Assembly (NCBI RefSeq): GCF_000018465.1
Contig: NC_010085.1
Location: 810,001-842,000 of the forward strand
From: Nitrosopumilus maritimus SCM1
GTDB lineage: Archaea > Thermoproteota > Nitrososphaeria > Nitrososphaerales > Nitrosopumilaceae
Length of the DNA stretch: 32,000 bases
Direction: 5' to 3'
Shown: positions 31,334 to 32,000 of the stretch, one piece after another
Numbering within the stretch: the stretch's first letter is position 1
Layout of the letters: each line of letters starts with the position of its first letter
Position numbers and translations under genes: made by a program
Notes under the pieces: generated by a model
Database searches by the model: none
What the model saw: only the letters and a program-made list of their open reading frames with translations
What the model was told of the DNA's origin: nothing

Positions 31334-32000
31334 TTATTCTGAAGGTCCTAATTGTTTTTTGTATTTTTCAATGTCTGCATCTTCAACTCTTGCAAATAAT
31401 GGAGATGCATCACCAAGTGTATGGCCTGAAGATACGCCTAAAACAGACATGTCATTCCAGTTTTGGTCATTTATTTTGCCATCTAGTGCAAGTTGAGTCC
31501 ATATGTTTTGTGCAGATTTTGGAATAAATGGGAATGTTGCAATTGCCAAACTTCTAACAGCATTTACTGAGAGATACACGCAACTTGCAGTACCTGGTCC
31601 TTTCTTCCAAGGTTCTTTGTGCTGAAAATACTGATTAAAGTAAGATGAAAACTCCATAATCTTCTTTAATGCCCTATCAAGATGATTTTGCTCCATTAGA
31701 GAGCCAACTTCAGATGCAAGAGATTTGATTTTTTGTTCTGCTTCAGAATCTTTTTCATCAAAATCTTCAGGGTCTGGAATATTTCCATCAAATGCTTTTT
31801 TTGTGAATCCTAATGCACGATTAATAAAATTTCCAAGATTTCCAATTAATTCTGAATTAATTCTAGTTGTAAAATCATCCCAGTCAAAATTCAAGTCATC
31901 TTGGGAATAAGGATTGATAGATACCAGATAAAATCTCAAATAGTCTGCAGGATAGTATTCTAGGAATTCTTTGAGGCCAATATACCAATTTCTGCTTTTT
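31334..32000 (-). CDS. metG: methionyl-tRNA synthetase, C-terminal part (5' end beyond the window)
   Basis: The frame stays open to the window edge (…RNWYIGLKEFLEYYPADYLRFYL…). The anticodon-binding helical domain contains NSELIGNLGNFINRAL. The M at 31939 in the ORF track is an internal TTG. Confidence 0.9.
   Translation of the reverse strand, partial: KSRNWYIGLKEFLEYYPADYLRFYLVSINPYSQDDLNFDWDDFTTRINSELIGNLGNFINRALGFTKKAFDGNIPDPEDFDEKDSEAEQKIKSLASEVGSLMEQNHLDRALKKIMEFSSYFNQYFQHKEPWKKGPGTASCVYLSVNAVRSLAIATFPFIPKSAQNIWTQLALDGKINDQNWNDMSVLGVSSGHTLGDASPLFARVEDADIEKYKKQLGPSE

Noticed and set aside
1-32000. CRISPR arrays, tandem repeats, IS elements, integrases, prophage or defence islands
   Set aside because: Reading through the window I found no regularly spaced direct repeats and no transposase, integrase or recombinase-like ORF. 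Every sizeable ORF has a housekeeping or conserved-hypothetical character.
1-32000. tRNA, rRNA, RNase P or SRP RNA genes
   Set aside because: No GC-rich islands or T-loop-like GTTCRAATC motifs outside coding sequence. The only TTCGAAT string (about 9469-9483) lies inside the menA-like CDS. Intergenic spacers are too short except 13370-13541, which has no cloverleaf potential.

Overview
This is a visibly AT-rich, very gene-dense archaeal chromosome segment with about 43 CDS and short spacers. I found no rRNA, tRNA, CRISPR array, transposase or integrase. The gene content fits a marine ammonia-oxidising thaumarchaeon (Nitrosopumilus-like). Information-processing genes are archaeal or eukaryote-type: ThrRS with the archaeal N-terminal editing domain, deoxyhypusine synthase, ribosomal protein S25e, RpoK, Alba, family-B DNA polymerase, a Hef-type helicase and MetRS. 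There is a single-domain parvulin closely matching the Cenarchaeum/Nitrosopumilus PinA pattern. Central-carbon genes include a meaB / methylmalonyl-CoA mutase large subunit / epimerase operon, a displaced B12-binding mutase subunit, pyruvate phosphate dikinase and archaeal TIM. IlvC, NadM, a MenA-like prenyltransferase and an M1 aminopeptidase are also present. This reads as core genome, not an accessory island, and I cannot support a defence system, mobile element or clearly new multi-gene system. The items most worth a second look are: (1) an EF-Tu/EF-1alpha-fold protein with all GTPase motifs degenerate, in a string with metG and an alpha/beta hydrolase; (2) a glutaminase-less AsnB-like PP-loop enzyme with a C-terminal zinc ribbon and an odd out-of-frame ATG ORF at its 5' end; (3) palindromic TATA elements placed symmetrically between divergent start codons, part of a window-wide TATA-to-start spacing that implies leaderless mRNAs and revises several ORF-track starts; (4) RpoK with a roughly 100-aa acidic N-terminal extension; (5) two sub-60-aa ORFs missing from the ORF track, one YHS/TRASH-like and one a 39-aa zinc ribbon overlapping the nadM stop; (6) a SemiSWEET-like gene fused to the 3' end of polB. 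All functional calls rest on motif recognition by eye; no database search was run.
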